Shown piece after piece: positions 6,765 to 16,858 of a stretch of 30,226 nucleotides of DNA (the first letter of the stretch is position 1; each line of letters starts with the position of its first letter). Origin of the DNA: a virus (taxonomy: Duplodnaviria; Caudoviricetes); IMG/VR virus record IMGVR_UViG_3300017785_003076, positions 1-30,226 of that record; one strand, written 5' to 3'. Both the position numbers and the translations under genes were made by a program. Below the pieces are notes generated by a model, which was given only the letters and a program-made list of their open reading frames with translations, ran no database searches and was not told the origin of the DNA.

Positions 6765-8246
6765 TTATGGTTTGATAACCTTTCCCGTACCAGACAACGC
6801 CGCGCCTAGTGCTTTTCTGAGCGCCGGTGATGTCGCCGCTTTATATGCACCGTAACCACCAAGACCAGCCGCGCCAGCGACAGCGGTGGCGGCTGGAACG
6901 GTGGCAATTAAGCCAGCCAGCGCCGCGCCCTCTGCGAGTTTACCTGTAACGGTTTTAGGAACAACGCTAGACGCTTTTTGCATAGCCATGCCAAACCGCG
7001 TTTTGGCGGCAGATGGTAGCTTTGTTTCCATGTTGTCCATTGCGCCGAGTAGATTGCTCTGCCTTAGCAACGAATCCTTAACCGCTGCGTTTGGGGCAAT
7101 ATCGGATATTGTTTCGTTGGCGATGCTTCGCGCCGACCTAACTGATGCCGAAAATGCGGTATCGTTAGCGTCAAATACACTGCCTTTTTTAGACCGCGCC
7201 CAAGCGTCAAACTCTTGGCGCGATTTCAAAAGCCCCGCAGGAGTGTTCGGGTTATTGGCTGATATTTCTTTCATCTTTGCAAAAACGCGGCTTGCTACAG
7301 CCTCACCATCACCAACAATTAACGGGTCGGTTTTTAGGCTATTAAAAGCGGTATCTAGCTTAGTGTTAAGAAAAGCCGGTTTGTAGTTAACGGGTGTTTT
7401 TGCCAATGCCGCCTGCAACGCCTTGGCCTCATCATTAACGGCATTACCAACCACATTGTAATTTGCTTGCAGCGTATTCGATGCCTTGATTGGCAGCTTT
7501 TGCAAGTCAGATATAGCTGCCTGCTCATAGGCTGATGGCGTATAAACCGGAGTTTGGTTGATGCCTTTGGTTATGGTGCTGCCCGCCCTATCTTTAACCA
7601 CGCTAGGGGTAAGTTTCGGCTCGTATATGCTTGAGGCAAACGCGGCGCGGCGGGCGTTAAAAGCATCCACGCCTGACTTTGTGACGGCTTTCCCGGTTGA
7701 TTGCAGCGCGGTTCCGGTCAGGCTAACAACCGGCTTTAATATTGGCATATTAGCGGCTAATTGCTGGCCGCCTTGTAGCGTTCCCACGATGTTAGCCGCC
7801 GCCCCTATATTTTTGCTTATTTCAGGGTTGGCTTGCGTGAACTGACTGTACAAGTCTCTTGCCTGCATCAGCTTGTCGCCAATATATTGACCCGCGCTAG
7901 TGGAGTCTATTGCGCCCGCCACCGCTTCAGCCGGAGCTTGCAATGGTGCAGCAGCCGCGCCAATAATTTGACCAACGGGAGCGCCTATCATTTTTGCCCC
8001 CTGCCCTGCAATCTGCAATGCAGAAGAAGCGGGATTTTGATTTGGGATGTTTTTGATAATATTTCCGGTTTCGTCAATAGCCCCGCCAACTGCTTGGCCT
8101 AAAGATGATGCGCCTATCTGCTCGATGAGGTTTTGTTTTGCAGGCTCTGCAACAGGCACGGCCTCATCAAGCGGAACGCCGCCGAAGCGCGACCCGCTAA
8201 CTGCCGGTACTTCATCTAGGGGGATGCCACCAAATTTTGATGCCAT
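6765..8246 (-). CDS. Putative DNA ejection/internal virion protein (P22 gp16 position)
   Basis: 493 aa Ala-rich helical protein, third gene after the gp7-like gene; assignment by synteny. Confidence 0.65.
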   Translation of the reverse strand: MASKFGGIPLDEVPAVSGSRFGGVPLDEAVPVAEPAKQNLIEQIGASSLGQAVGGAIDETGNIIKNIPNQNPASSALQIAGQGAKMIGAPVGQIIGAAAAPLQAPAEAVAGAIDSTSAGQYIGDKLMQARDLYSQFTQANPEISKNIGAAANIVGTLQGGQQLAANMPILKPVVSLTGTALQSTGKAVTKSGVDAFNARRAAFASSIYEPKLTPSVVKDRAGSTITKGINQTPVYTPSAYEQAAISDLQKLPIKASNTLQANYNVVGNAVNDEAKALQAALAKTPVNYKPAFLNTKLDTAFNSLKTDPLIVGDGEAVASRVFAKMKEISANNPNTPAGLLKSRQEFDAWARSKKGSVFDANDTAFSASVRSARSIANETISDIAPNAAVKDSLLRQSNLLGAMDNMETKLPSAAKTRFGMAMQKASSVVPKTVTGKLAEGAALAGLIATVPAATAVAGAAGLGGYGAYKAATSPALRKALGAALSGTGKVIKP

Positions 8247-9178
8247 TATGGCTTCCTCATTTTCATGGGCTTACCATCATCACCGACTTCCACATAAGCC
8301 GCACCAGATGGCAGAGCGTCATATTGCGCCTGCGTTTTTATGATTGCGGAGTTACCCGTAAGTTTGGGCGCATCCGTAGAAAGCACAACCGGCTTAGCTG
8401 GTTCATTGCCACCTTTCCCCTTTTGACTGCCAAGGGTCGCCGCCACCTCACCCGTGCCGAATCTATCGCTAAGGTTTTTTAATATTTCTAGGTTTGCTTC
8501 ATAATCATTTTTGGGGTCGCCCAGCGCCTTCAAAAAGGTTTGCAATTCCACATTAGAGTTCATCTGCTGCGCGGACATGCCGGTTGCATTTTTAATGGAT
8601 TGCGTCAAAAGCGGAACAGCCCCAGCAATCTTATTGCGCTCCGATTGCTCGGCTGTCCCAAACAAACCGCCCGTTGCCTGCCCTATGCGGCTAGAGCTTA
8701 TTGCCGAGCCTAAATTACTTAGCCCGCCCTCATTAACGCTAGTAATGCCGCCCATATCCTTAAGCTTTGTATCGCTGGCGGCTATATTTGCTAGGCCGTC
8801 TTCAAAGTCTTGCTTTCCTTGCGTTTTCACATCTTGCGCGGCCTGCTTTTTGGCTTCTTTCTCATCCCTGCGAACATCAATAGACTCGCGGCGCAGGTCT
8901 ATATTCGCCGCTGCATTAGCCCGCTGAATATCTAGCGCCTCGCGCCGAATATCGCGGTTTTCTGCATTGTTCTGCTGCTGCATCTGCATGGTCAGCATAT
9001 CCTTGACAGTCAAGCCGCCATTAGCCGCCTGAGCCTGCAAAGCCTGAGTTTCCAGCATGTTTTTCTGGGCAGCCTGAACCGCCAGCGCTTTTTTAAGCTG
9101 GAACTCCTCATTCGCCCGCTGGTAATCAGAAAAGCCCTGATTCTTGCCAAATACGCTAAGGTCTGGTGCTACCGGCAT
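8246..9178 (-). CDS. Putative DNA ejection protein (P22 gp20 position)
   Basis: Gln/Ala-rich coiled-coil, C-terminal QYDALPSGAAY motif seen in podovirus internal proteins; synteny. Confidence 0.65.
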   Translation of the reverse strand: MPVAPDLSVFGKNQGFSDYQRANEEFQLKKALAVQAAQKNMLETQALQAQAANGGLTVKDMLTMQMQQQNNAENRDIRREALDIQRANAAANIDLRRESIDVRRDEKEAKKQAAQDVKTQGKQDFEDGLANIAASDTKLKDMGGITSVNEGGLSNLGSAISSSRIGQATGGLFGTAEQSERNKIAGAVPLLTQSIKNATGMSAQQMNSNVELQTFLKALGDPKNDYEANLEILKNLSDRFGTGEVAATLGSQKGKGGNEPAKPVVLSTDAPKLTGNSAIIKTQAQYDALPSGAAYVEVGDDGKPMKMRKP

Positions 9179-10500
9179 TATGCTAATCCCCTCAGTTTCA
9201 ACATTGCCAACAGGTCGTTATTGTTAGCGCCATTGTAATTCCCAACCTGCGCCCCCAGAGCGTTAGCAAGCGTCTGGTTGATGTTGTTAGACCGCCCCAT
9301 AGTCGAGTTAGCCTGAACGTTGCCACGGTTGCCGTAGATGTCATTCTGAGCGCCCACGATACCAGATTGACGCTGGAACGCCTGCTGATAGTAGTTGTTG
9401 GCAAAGTCTTGGTTGAACTTCGCAGCGTCCTGCAATGCTTGGCCGGAGAAGTACCCACCCTGTGCCGCAGCCCTGCGGTCAAGCCCTTGCTGGCCTTGCT
9501 GTAGGTTGAATTGATAACCGGGGTCGTTCTGCACATCCACCGGATTCAGGTTTTGCAGATTGCTGAGCTGCTGATTCTGAGCGCCTAGCAATTGGTCTTC
9601 CTGTTTCTTAATCGCCCTATCCTGACCGAAGCCACCAAGCGCCGAGGCGAGTGAACCCATTGCCCCAATATTACCAAAGCTAGAGCCGCCACCAGAGGAA
9701 GACCCCCCAGTAAGGCCACCGAAAGCATCACCTAGCGAGGCCGTAGTTCTGCCCACGCCGCCTAATACACCCGTTCCCTGCGTAGGGCCTACGCCGTTCG
9801 GCACAACATTACCGGCAGTCGTGCCGAGCGTGTTGCCACTAAACAGATTACTAAACAGCCCCGTGCCATTTGCAGCCGAGCCGCCCACACCGCTAGAGCC
9901 GATAGCGTTACCAATTAAAGAGCCGCCATCAGGATTAACTAAACCCAGCGTGTTACCTAGCTGAGTGCCGCCCAGTAGTTCAGACGCACCACCGCCTGCC
10001 AAATACCCGCCTGCACCACCTAACGCAGCGCCCTTAATAATGTCACCCGTTCCCTTGCCGCCGATAGCACCACCAAGGCCGCCACCCAAAGCACCGCCCA
10101 ACGCTGAGCTGGTGCTTGCGGTTAATCCCGTGCCTAATGCACCTGCGCCGCCGCCAGCAGCAAACAAACCAGCGCCGCCAAACGCTGCCGGGCCGAGGGC
10201 TGCTAACGCTATCGGCAAAGCGATAGGCGCAACCTGCTTAAAGAACTTCTTAAACTTGAAAAACTCAGGATAACCCGTTTCAGGGTTGATTTTGTTCGCA
10301 GGGTCGCCAACGGTAAACTCGGCCATATCCGCGCCGCCGTCTTGGAATATCATTTGTAGCGCCTGCATTACCTGCGGGTCATCAAGGAAGGCGCGGGGGA
10401 TGACAACCTCACCCAGCGACAAATGCGCCATGACGGTATCAGTACCGCGCCCTGCTTCTTCAGGTGCGCCCTGTGGCATATTCATTTCCATGTTTTCCAT
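9178..10500 (-). CDS. DNA transfer protein, P22 gp7-like, with N-terminal extension
   Basis: C-terminal DPGYQFNLQQGQQGLDRRAAAQGGYFSGQALQD typical of gp7-like proteins; Gly-rich hydrophobic middle. Confidence 0.75.
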   Translation of the reverse strand: MENMEMNMPQGAPEEAGRGTDTVMAHLSLGEVVIPRAFLDDPQVMQALQMIFQDGGADMAEFTVGDPANKINPETGYPEFFKFKKFFKQVAPIALPIALAALGPAAFGGAGLFAAGGGAGALGTGLTASTSSALGGALGGGLGGAIGGKGTGDIIKGAALGGAGGYLAGGGASELLGGTQLGNTLGLVNPDGGSLIGNAIGSSGVGGSAANGTGLFSNLFSGNTLGTTAGNVVPNGVGPTQGTGVLGGVGRTTASLGDAFGGLTGGSSSGGGSSFGNIGAMGSLASALGGFGQDRAIKKQEDQLLGAQNQQLSNLQNLNPVDVQNDPGYQFNLQQGQQGLDRRAAAQGGYFSGQALQDAAKFNQDFANNYYQQAFQRQSGIVGAQNDIYGNRGNVQANSTMGRSNNINQTLANALGAQVGNYNGANNNDLLAMLKLRGLA

Positions 10501-10928
10501 TAGTTTACCTCAATTGTGCCGGTGATGGTTACGGGTGTTACGATTGCAGTCCATGCTGCGGTGTATATTCTTTTGTCTGCTGCCGTAACCCCCGCCGCTG
10601 CCGCTGTGAACGTGCTGCAAGTAAGGGATGCGCCGTCACTGGTAATGCTTAGGGGGAAGTTATCGCAGTAGGTCGTTCCAGCCACCGCAGTCGTGCTAGT
10701 CGCTGGGGTTATCTTAATTCGGAAATACGCCAGCTTGCTCGTCAGCCGAAAGTAAATCCCTGTCTTAACTGCCGTACCAACCTCTGTTAATCCGACAAAC
10801 GTAGGTGTCCAAATCGTTCCCGTATCGCCGGACGCTATGCCATCAAAGAACGAAATCCAGCTAAGGGTGGGATATTTATCCTCGTCAATCAGTTCTTCGG
10901 TTTTAGGCGGTAGCTGAACTCTTGCCAT
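10500..10928 (-). CDS. Virion structural/assembly protein (142 aa)
   Basis: Thr-rich beta-type sequence between the gp10-like and ejection genes. Confidence 0.65.
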   Translation of the reverse strand: MARVQLPPKTEELIDEDKYPTLSWISFFDGIASGDTGTIWTPTFVGLTEVGTAVKTGIYFRLTSKLAYFRIKITPATSTTAVAGTTYCDNFPLSITSDGASLTCSTFTAAAAGVTAADKRIYTAAWTAIVTPVTITGTIEVN

Positions 10929-10929
10929 A

Positions 10930-12336
10930 TCAATCTATCGTATTGAGGTAAGAACCGGTGATTGCCACTTTAACGGGGTCGGTTATTGATAGCTCAAAGG
11001 TGCATTGCTGCTGGATGCCCAGCCGCCGGAATTTCACTTGTTTTTGGTAATTTCCTACTGCGCCAATCGAACCGGTGTAATAATTAGACCATGTTCTCGC
11101 GCCATCCTGACTAATTCGTAAGGACATCGTTGGGTCGCTGCCCTGACCTGATTGTAGGCCAACGCCAGCTTCAAACCCAATTTGCAAGCTATTATACCGC
11201 ACATATTTCAATTCATCAATCAAATGTGTGTAAACCCGCCGCCTAGAAATAGGGTTTCCGTTGTCGCTATACACATCCAGCGACATTTCGTAAATCTTCC
11301 CATCCACGCGCGAACCGACCAGTTGCTTGTTAAAAACGTGCATACAGCAGTTACCCAAATGCTGTTCATCAGCGCCGAGGCTGTTTAGATACGCGCGTTC
11401 ATGCCATAGCTGCGTGGTAAGGTCATAGACCAGTGATGTGCCAAGGCTGCCCCCAGTAATGACCAGAAACACATGCCCATCCTGCTGATAGCCCCAGCTA
11501 CGCAGCGAGGCGGGGTTAGGCTCGGCCTGTAGTATCTTCTCGATGGTTTCCGTGGATATACGCTTAGGCGAGAAACCCTGCGCCTGATACACGATACCCG
11601 CGCCTTCATTGGTATGCCCCACCCAATAGACGGAGGTGTCTAGGCTGATAACCGTATAAGGCGAGACAGTCCCCACCGGAGTAGCGCCGGAAATGCGGGA
11701 GAAGGGGAAGGTAGAATCGCCCGTATTGCGCCATATTTCTAACGTGCTATCACCAAAAAGCGCCAACTGCCCCAGAAACGGCACGGCAATAGACAGATTA
11801 TCGGGTGAGCTTTCCGCGCTGGCAAAATCAAGCGCTGCCCACGTTGTACCATCATACAAGCCGGAAATGTAGAATTGACCGCTGTTGTTTTTGGTGACGA
11901 CAAAATAACCGTTGCAGAAGCTAACATTCGCAGGGGAAGGTAAATCGGGGTCAGTTACTTGTGCAAAAACGTTAGTTGCGTAGGTGAAAATATACAAATA
12001 CGTCCCATCACATACCGCCACTTGAAAGCCGTTTTCCGCCACCGTGACGATACCATTAGACGTTAACAGCGTACCGCGCAGGGTAGCCACACCAGCCGAG
12101 GAAATCTCGTAAAACTGCGAGCCGGACACCGCAAAGGCGCGACCATTAGCCGCAGCTATCACGCCGCGCACCGCGCCGATTCCACAGGTAGTAAAAAGCG
12201 AAAGACCGGGTGTGCCGAACAATGACGCGACATCTGCGCCCTGCGGGTCGGAAATAGCGTATAGGTTAATTATCCTTTGAGCGTCAAAGGGCAAGCTGCG
12301 CTGCTGATACGATGAACCTATAAGGCCAATCTTCAT
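10930..12336 (-). CDS. Tail hub / DNA stabilisation protein, P22 gp10-like
   Basis: 468 aa; FASAESSPD, LVYDLTTQLWHER, LRISQDGARTWS, FRRLG motifs; follows gp4-like gene. Confidence 0.88.
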   Translation of the reverse strand: MKIGLIGSSYQQRSLPFDAQRIINLYAISDPQGADVASLFGTPGLSLFTTCGIGAVRGVIAAANGRAFAVSGSQFYEISSAGVATLRGTLLTSNGIVTVAENGFQVAVCDGTYLYIFTYATNVFAQVTDPDLPSPANVSFCNGYFVVTKNNSGQFYISGLYDGTTWAALDFASAESSPDNLSIAVPFLGQLALFGDSTLEIWRNTGDSTFPFSRISGATPVGTVSPYTVISLDTSVYWVGHTNEGAGIVYQAQGFSPKRISTETIEKILQAEPNPASLRSWGYQQDGHVFLVITGGSLGTSLVYDLTTQLWHERAYLNSLGADEQHLGNCCMHVFNKQLVGSRVDGKIYEMSLDVYSDNGNPISRRRVYTHLIDELKYVRYNSLQIGFEAGVGLQSGQGSDPTMSLRISQDGARTWSNYYTGSIGAVGNYQKQVKFRRLGIQQQCTFELSITDPVKVAITGSYLNTID

Positions 12337-13028
12337 CGCGTCCTATACCCGCTGTAAATATTCCGCACACCCGTCCCCTGCGGATAGGCATCTATAGGAC
12401 GCGCACGAACCGTTGCCAGACGCACTAAACCGAGGGATTTAGCGGCAATAGCAGCAATAGACGGGTCAGGCTCAACGCCATATTCGGGGGCTAATTCCAG
12501 CGCCAGATTGTAGATTAACGCACGCTCCCAACCGGGCGGCAGAGTAATCACCGTGTCTAACGTAGTAAAGCTCGTTAACGGCTTCTCGCTGAGTATGAAC
12601 AACTGATACCCAGATGCCGGTACGGGGTATATGCGGAGGTTGTCCGCGGGGTTGGCGTTATCGTAGTTCAAGAATTGCGGAACGCCGGTCAGCGCCTTGA
12701 ACGGGATTTCGTTGTATGCCGTGTCGTTGATAATATCCACATCATTATCTACACCGCCGATTCGTACATATGCCTGAATGATGTTGGTTGGGCGTGTGGT
12801 ATTAAACGTTTGCCCGCTGCCCATAGTGTAGGTCGATTGACCAGACACCAGCGTAAAGGTTTCCCATGCGCGGCTAGGAATGGTGGCGGAATCGTTAGAC
12901 CATGATTCAAGCAACTGGTTGAGAGATGAAAATCCGTCATTGGCTTCGTCAGCACTGGGGGATTCACTCTTGACTAGAGCGCCAAGTTTTTGTAAAGACT
13001 TCTTAACGATTTCCCGTGCAGTTGTCAT
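12333..13028 (-). CDS. Head-tail adaptor, P22 gp4-like
   Basis: MTTAREIVKKSLQKLG...ADEANDGFSSLNQLLESW N-terminus; ALIYNLALELAPEYG motif. Confidence 0.8.
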   Translation of the reverse strand: MTTAREIVKKSLQKLGALVKSESPSADEANDGFSSLNQLLESWSNDSATIPSRAWETFTLVSGQSTYTMGSGQTFNTTRPTNIIQAYVRIGGVDNDVDIINDTAYNEIPFKALTGVPQFLNYDNANPADNLRIYPVPASGYQLFILSEKPLTSFTTLDTVITLPPGWERALIYNLALELAPEYGVEPDPSIAAIAAKSLGLVRLATVRARPIDAYPQGTGVRNIYSGYRTR

Positions 13029-13055
13029 TGGTTATTCCCAGCCATTTAATGCCTG

Positions 13056-13361
13056 TTAAAATCCTAATTGTTCTTCATTTTCGCATGAAGCAATATAAAC
13101 AGTGCCGCTTCCAGAAACCAAAATAACGGCTATGTGCGTGTCATTTGGGTCGTGATAAAATACTGTGTTTTTATTACCGTGAATAAATTGCCCAGTGCCA
13201 GCAGCGGCAACTACCGTTGAGTCACCAGAACGGGCATAAGCAACTGCTGTGGCATCATTTAAAATTCTTACATATTTTTGATTTGCAACAGGGTAAGCAA
13301 CACGCGCTGAACTTGTGCTTGCTGAAATTGTAGCAGAAGGCGAGTTGACATGAGTTGGCAT
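13056..13361 (-). CDS. Small beta-rich virion protein, paralogue A
   Basis: Shares ISAST..AR, YVRI.N and DTH.A.L.SG motifs with the adjacent gene. Confidence 0.7.
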   Translation of the reverse strand: MPTHVNSPSATISASTSSARVAYPVANQKYVRILNDATAVAYARSGDSTVVAAAGTGQFIHGNKNTVFYHDPNDTHIAVILVSGSGTVYIASCENEEQLGF

Positions 13362-13663
13362 TAGTCAGCTCCACTCACAAGAGCGCAGGAAACAGTAGCC
13401 GTGCCGCTGATTAGCAGCGCAGCAACGTGCGTGTCGGTGACGGGGTCACGCTCGAATACAGCGCTTTCAAACGGCGCAAGGGAGATGTTGGCGTTGGTAG
13501 CATTAACACCAGAGCCGCCGCCATTTACAAAGCAGCCGCTGGTGGCGCTGTTATTGGTGATGCGTACATAACGAAGCATCGAACCAGTAGGCAGCAATTC
13601 AGCCCGTGCGGTGGTGGTCGAAGCCGAAATCGCAACGGACGGTACTTTGATATTCATTGCCAT
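13361..13663 (-). CDS. Small beta-rich virion protein, paralogue B
   Basis: Start moved to ATG at 13663 after AGGA; the longer track ORF would run through the terminator hairpin. Confidence 0.7.
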   Translation of the reverse strand: MAMNIKVPSVAISASTTTARAELLPTGSMLRYVRITNNSATSGCFVNGGGSGVNATNANISLAPFESAVFERDPVTDTHVAALLISGTATVSCALVSGAD

Positions 13664-13675
13664 AAGCAAAATCCT

Positions 13676-13703
13676 AAAAAGAAGCGGGAGCCGAAGCCCC
13701 CGC
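13676..13703 (-). terminator. Rho-independent terminator
   Basis: GCGGGGGC-TTCG-GCTCCCGC hairpin (cUUCGg loop) followed by TTCTTTTT. Confidence 0.8.
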
Positions 13704-13708
13704 ATAGA

Positions 13709-14245
13709 TTAGACGCTCAACGTGCCAGAAGCCGGAAGGGTCGCGCCAATCGGGGTAAACGTCATGGTAGAACCAAGGCCAACGGTGGTAGCGGTAGCAT
13801 CCGAGGCGTTCTGCGCCGCTTGAAGCTGAATAGTGCCAGCCAAAGCAACGGTGATGCGACCCTTAACGCGAACGTTGATATAAGCGGTCGTGGCAGCAAT
13901 CACAGAGGCGGCATCGGTCGAAGTGGTGAACGTAGTGACCGCAATAGCCGAAGCAGTGCGACCCTCCACGGTCAGCGCAGTAGCCGTAATCATCGAGGCC
14001 GTACCCCACTTAAGGCCGACTTTAACGCCACCAGAAGCGCCAGCGGTGGTAATCAGGTTGATGTCAACCTCATAATCGCCGGGCTGCAAAATGCCGGTGG
14101 ACATGCCAACCACGTTAGCAAGCGTGGTATTGGTTGCCTGCGAAAAAGCCGTGGTGCATTGCGACACATCGCGGAAGTTATCATTAATAATTTTACGAGA
14201 GGCAAACGTCATCGCGCCTTCGTCTGTTACTTTATTTACGGGCAT
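13709..14245 (-). CDS. Putative capsid decoration/structural protein (178 aa)
   Basis: Thr/Ala-rich, directly after coat gene and before a strong terminator. Confidence 0.7.
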   Translation of the reverse strand: MPVNKVTDEGAMTFASRKIINDNFRDVSQCTTAFSQATNTTLANVVGMSTGILQPGDYEVDINLITTAGASGGVKVGLKWGTASMITATALTVEGRTASAIAVTTFTTSTDAASVIAATTAYINVRVKGRITVALAGTIQLQAAQNASDATATTVGLGSTMTFTPIGATLPASGTLSV

Positions 14246-14257
14246 ATCATTATCCTT

Positions 14258-14290
14258 AAAGTGAGGGATGGGATTTTACCCCCACCCCTC
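14258..14290 (-). terminator. Stem-loop after coat gene (weak terminator or mRNA stabiliser)
   Basis: GAGGGGTGGGG-GTAAAA-TCCCATCCCTC followed only by ACTTT. Confidence 0.55.
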
Positions 14291-14298
14291 CGTTACAA

Positions 14299-15543
14299 TT
14301 AGTTAGTGATACGGCAAGCCCACATCGGACGGGTAGCGGCGAAGCCACCGAGGAAGTCGATACGGGTAATCATGCTGCGCAGGCGCACATCAAATGCGCG
14401 AACCACAGCAACCGTAACGCCTTCGTAGGTTTCTTGCGCGGCCATTTCCACAGCTTCCGGCATCACCAGCGGAACGCTCACCATGCGGAAAGCGTTTTTG
14501 TGGAATGCAAGGTTCTGCGGGTAGATGGTCGAAGCAACGTTGCCCACACCAGCACCAAGCGTGATGACATCCGAAGCCGTGGGGAAACGGGTGACGTTCT
14601 GCAAGCTACCAGAGGTCGAGTTGTAGATGGGTTCAGCAAGCGTCACGGTGTAAGCACCACCAACAGCGGTAAAAAGCGCGGTGATAACAAACTGCTTGGG
14701 GTAGCCCAAATCTACTTTGGTCTGGGGATGCACAGCGTTAACGCTGGCAACCGTGAAGGTCATACCAGCGGTCAGAGTCTGTGTACCCGTTCCGGTAATA
14801 GCAAGGGTGGTGGCACCAGCAACCGAAGTGGTGGTGACGGTGTGAGCGCCGGAAGCCGTGCCAGAGGTGAAGCGCGGCAGCAGGTTGTTGCTGTAGTAGT
14901 CGAAACCATCAGCCGAACCCATAGCGCCTTCAATGTACTGCTTGCCAATTTCCTTAGCGGCATTAACAAAACCCTTGCGAGCGTTAACAGCAGATGCTTC
15001 CGAACCGGGGTTCAGGATGACATAACGGTCTTTGCGAGGTGCAAGGAACTCAGTCATTTTCTGACCAGCGGCCAAGATGGTCGAGGTGTCGAAGGTGGTA
15101 GAACCAGCCGTACCCACGATATTACCAACGTTCTGGCAAGCACGGGTCAGGCAGATGTTTTCCACGCCCTGCGCGATACCCTGAACCGAAGGTTTAATCA
15201 CGCGGTTGTAGAGGCTTTCGAGGCCAACCTGATACGCCAATTCACGGGAATCAACGTCCACGCCAACGGTCTGAATGATGTCCAGAGTTAGCGGGATGCG
15301 GGTTTCCTGAATCGCCTGAATCGCGGAGGTGATGTCGAAGCTAGTGCCGGGGGTGTAGAGTGCCGGAACGTTGATTTGAATGGTGTCGCCAGCCTTGTAG
15401 CCGTTTTTACCATCATAATCGCTTTTGTCTGCCTTATCCATCAAGCGGCAAGCAGTCAAATTGTCAACAAGAGTGCCGGCAGCGAGCTTTGCAATCACGC
15501 CTACCGATTTCATTACTGACGGAGAGTTAGTACTTAAAGCCAT
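14299..15543 (-). CDS. Major capsid protein, P22 coat (gp5)-like
   Basis: 414 aa; KAGDTIQINVP, QNLAFHKNAF, RIDFLGG...RPMWACR motifs; follows scaffold. Confidence 0.92.
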   Translation of the reverse strand: MALSTNSPSVMKSVGVIAKLAAGTLVDNLTACRLMDKADKSDYDGKNGYKAGDTIQINVPALYTPGTSFDITSAIQAIQETRIPLTLDIIQTVGVDVDSRELAYQVGLESLYNRVIKPSVQGIAQGVENICLTRACQNVGNIVGTAGSTTFDTSTILAAGQKMTEFLAPRKDRYVILNPGSEASAVNARKGFVNAAKEIGKQYIEGAMGSADGFDYYSNNLLPRFTSGTASGAHTVTTTSVAGATTLAITGTGTQTLTAGMTFTVASVNAVHPQTKVDLGYPKQFVITALFTAVGGAYTVTLAEPIYNSTSGSLQNVTRFPTASDVITLGAGVGNVASTIYPQNLAFHKNAFRMVSVPLVMPEAVEMAAQETYEGVTVAVVRAFDVRLRSMITRIDFLGGFAATRPMWACRITN

Positions 15544-15555
15544 GTGATTAAATCC

Positions 15556-16404
15556 TTATCTGTTAAACTTTTTCATAAGCTCCGCCACAGACATCGAATC
15601 TAAGTCCTTCGTTGCACGACCTGTGCCCTTCAGGGATTCAAGCGGCGGGGGAGCGCTGGTTGCCTTCTTAACAGAACTCAAATATGCCTTGCCGCGTTCC
15701 TCGGCTTTCCCAACCTCCATCGCAATTCGCGAGGGAGATAGGTCTTCCAAATCTTCAAGCCGTCCTTCTTTCATCAGCGCGTAAAGTGCCAAAGGCGCAT
15801 TATCTGCTTCGTAGAAAGCCTCTTGTACGGATTCCGGCATCATGTTCAGGTAGTCATTATTCTCTTTGACTAACGCCGCGTATTCTGGGACTTCCCCCGC
15901 AAATTTCTTAGCTTGCTGAGATATTTCCACGGTACGCATTTGTTTATGCGAGTCGGCAGGATTCTGCTGCTGAACCTGTGGTTCTGTCTTAGTATCTTGT
16001 TCTTTTAAGAACTTGGCAGTTGCTAGTACCCATGAATCCAAATCTTCGTAGTTTTCCAGCTTTGGAGGGCTGTTCGGCTGTTCGGCTTTGGGGGTGGTTT
16101 GCGCCTGCTCCAACTTCTCAAGTCGTGCCTTTAATTCGGCATTTTCATTGCGAAGTCGTTGTTTAGCTAATTTTCTGTTGAGGTGGGACTGGCGGTTAGC
16201 TTCCCGTTTTTCAAGCTGTTCAGGCGTTAATTCTGAATCTGGCTTTTTTGATACGTCATCAGTTTCCTGACTAGTTTCTTCGGGGGGTGCTTCTTCAGTC
16301 GCCTGCGGTTCAATTGAATCCGCCGCTTCTTGCTCGGCTGGCTTCGCGTTATCAGCTTGTGGCTGTGCGGTCGCCTCGGCAATTATAGCTTGTGCATCAA
16401 ACAT
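15556..16404 (-). CDS. Capsid scaffolding protein
   Basis: Acidic N-terminus, coiled coil, C-terminal KKATSAPPPL motif; directly upstream of coat. Confidence 0.8.
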   Translation of the reverse strand: MFDAQAIIAEATAQPQADNAKPAEQEAADSIEPQATEEAPPEETSQETDDVSKKPDSELTPEQLEKREANRQSHLNRKLAKQRLRNENAELKARLEKLEQAQTTPKAEQPNSPPKLENYEDLDSWVLATAKFLKEQDTKTEPQVQQQNPADSHKQMRTVEISQQAKKFAGEVPEYAALVKENNDYLNMMPESVQEAFYEADNAPLALYALMKEGRLEDLEDLSPSRIAMEVGKAEERGKAYLSSVKKATSAPPPLESLKGTGRATKDLDSMSVAELMKKFNR

Positions 16405-16429
16405 AAATTAATTTCCTTTTATAGTCAAG

Positions 16430-16858
16430 TTAAAATGCGCGTAGCCGTCTGCGGCGCATAGCAATCATTAAGATTAGCTGTTCCTCGCCGCGTCTAACCC
16501 GCACCATCAAGTCGGCCTTGACCATCAAGAGCCGAGTGATTTCAGTAATAAGTTCGTTCTGTAGTTTAAGAAGTCGCTGGGTTTCGGATTCCTCTGCCAG
16601 TCTTAGGCTTTCCTCAGCAAGCGCCCGTCTGCGCTCGTATTCCAATAAAACCGAGTCAACCTTTTGCAGCTCGGTCTTGGCTTTTTTAACCTCTACCTGT
16701 TTTGCATGGTATTCAGGGAAGTAGCTGAAAATCTTAGGGAGGCCGCCAGATTCAACCACCACAACGGGTATCGGGGCGCTACCCGGCAGATACCCTCTTG
16801 TCGGGATGAAATTCACCCCGTCGATAAATCCTCTAGTGACAATCGAGGATATGGACAT
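16430..16858 (-). CDS. Hypothetical protein with coiled-coil C-terminus
   Basis: 142 aa, TAATG-coupled to the upstream gene. Confidence 0.7.
   Translation of the reverse strand: MSISSIVTRGFIDGVNFIPTRGYLPGSAPIPVVVVESGGLPKIFSYFPEYHAKQVEVKKAKTELQKVDSVLLEYERRRALAEESLRLAEESETQRLLKLQNELITEITRLLMVKADLMVRVRRGEEQLILMIAMRRRRLRAF

Noticed and set aside
13427-15291. Long plus-strand ORFs of 291 and 285 aa
   Set aside because: Opposite the coat and decoration genes; explained by codon bias, no recognisable motifs
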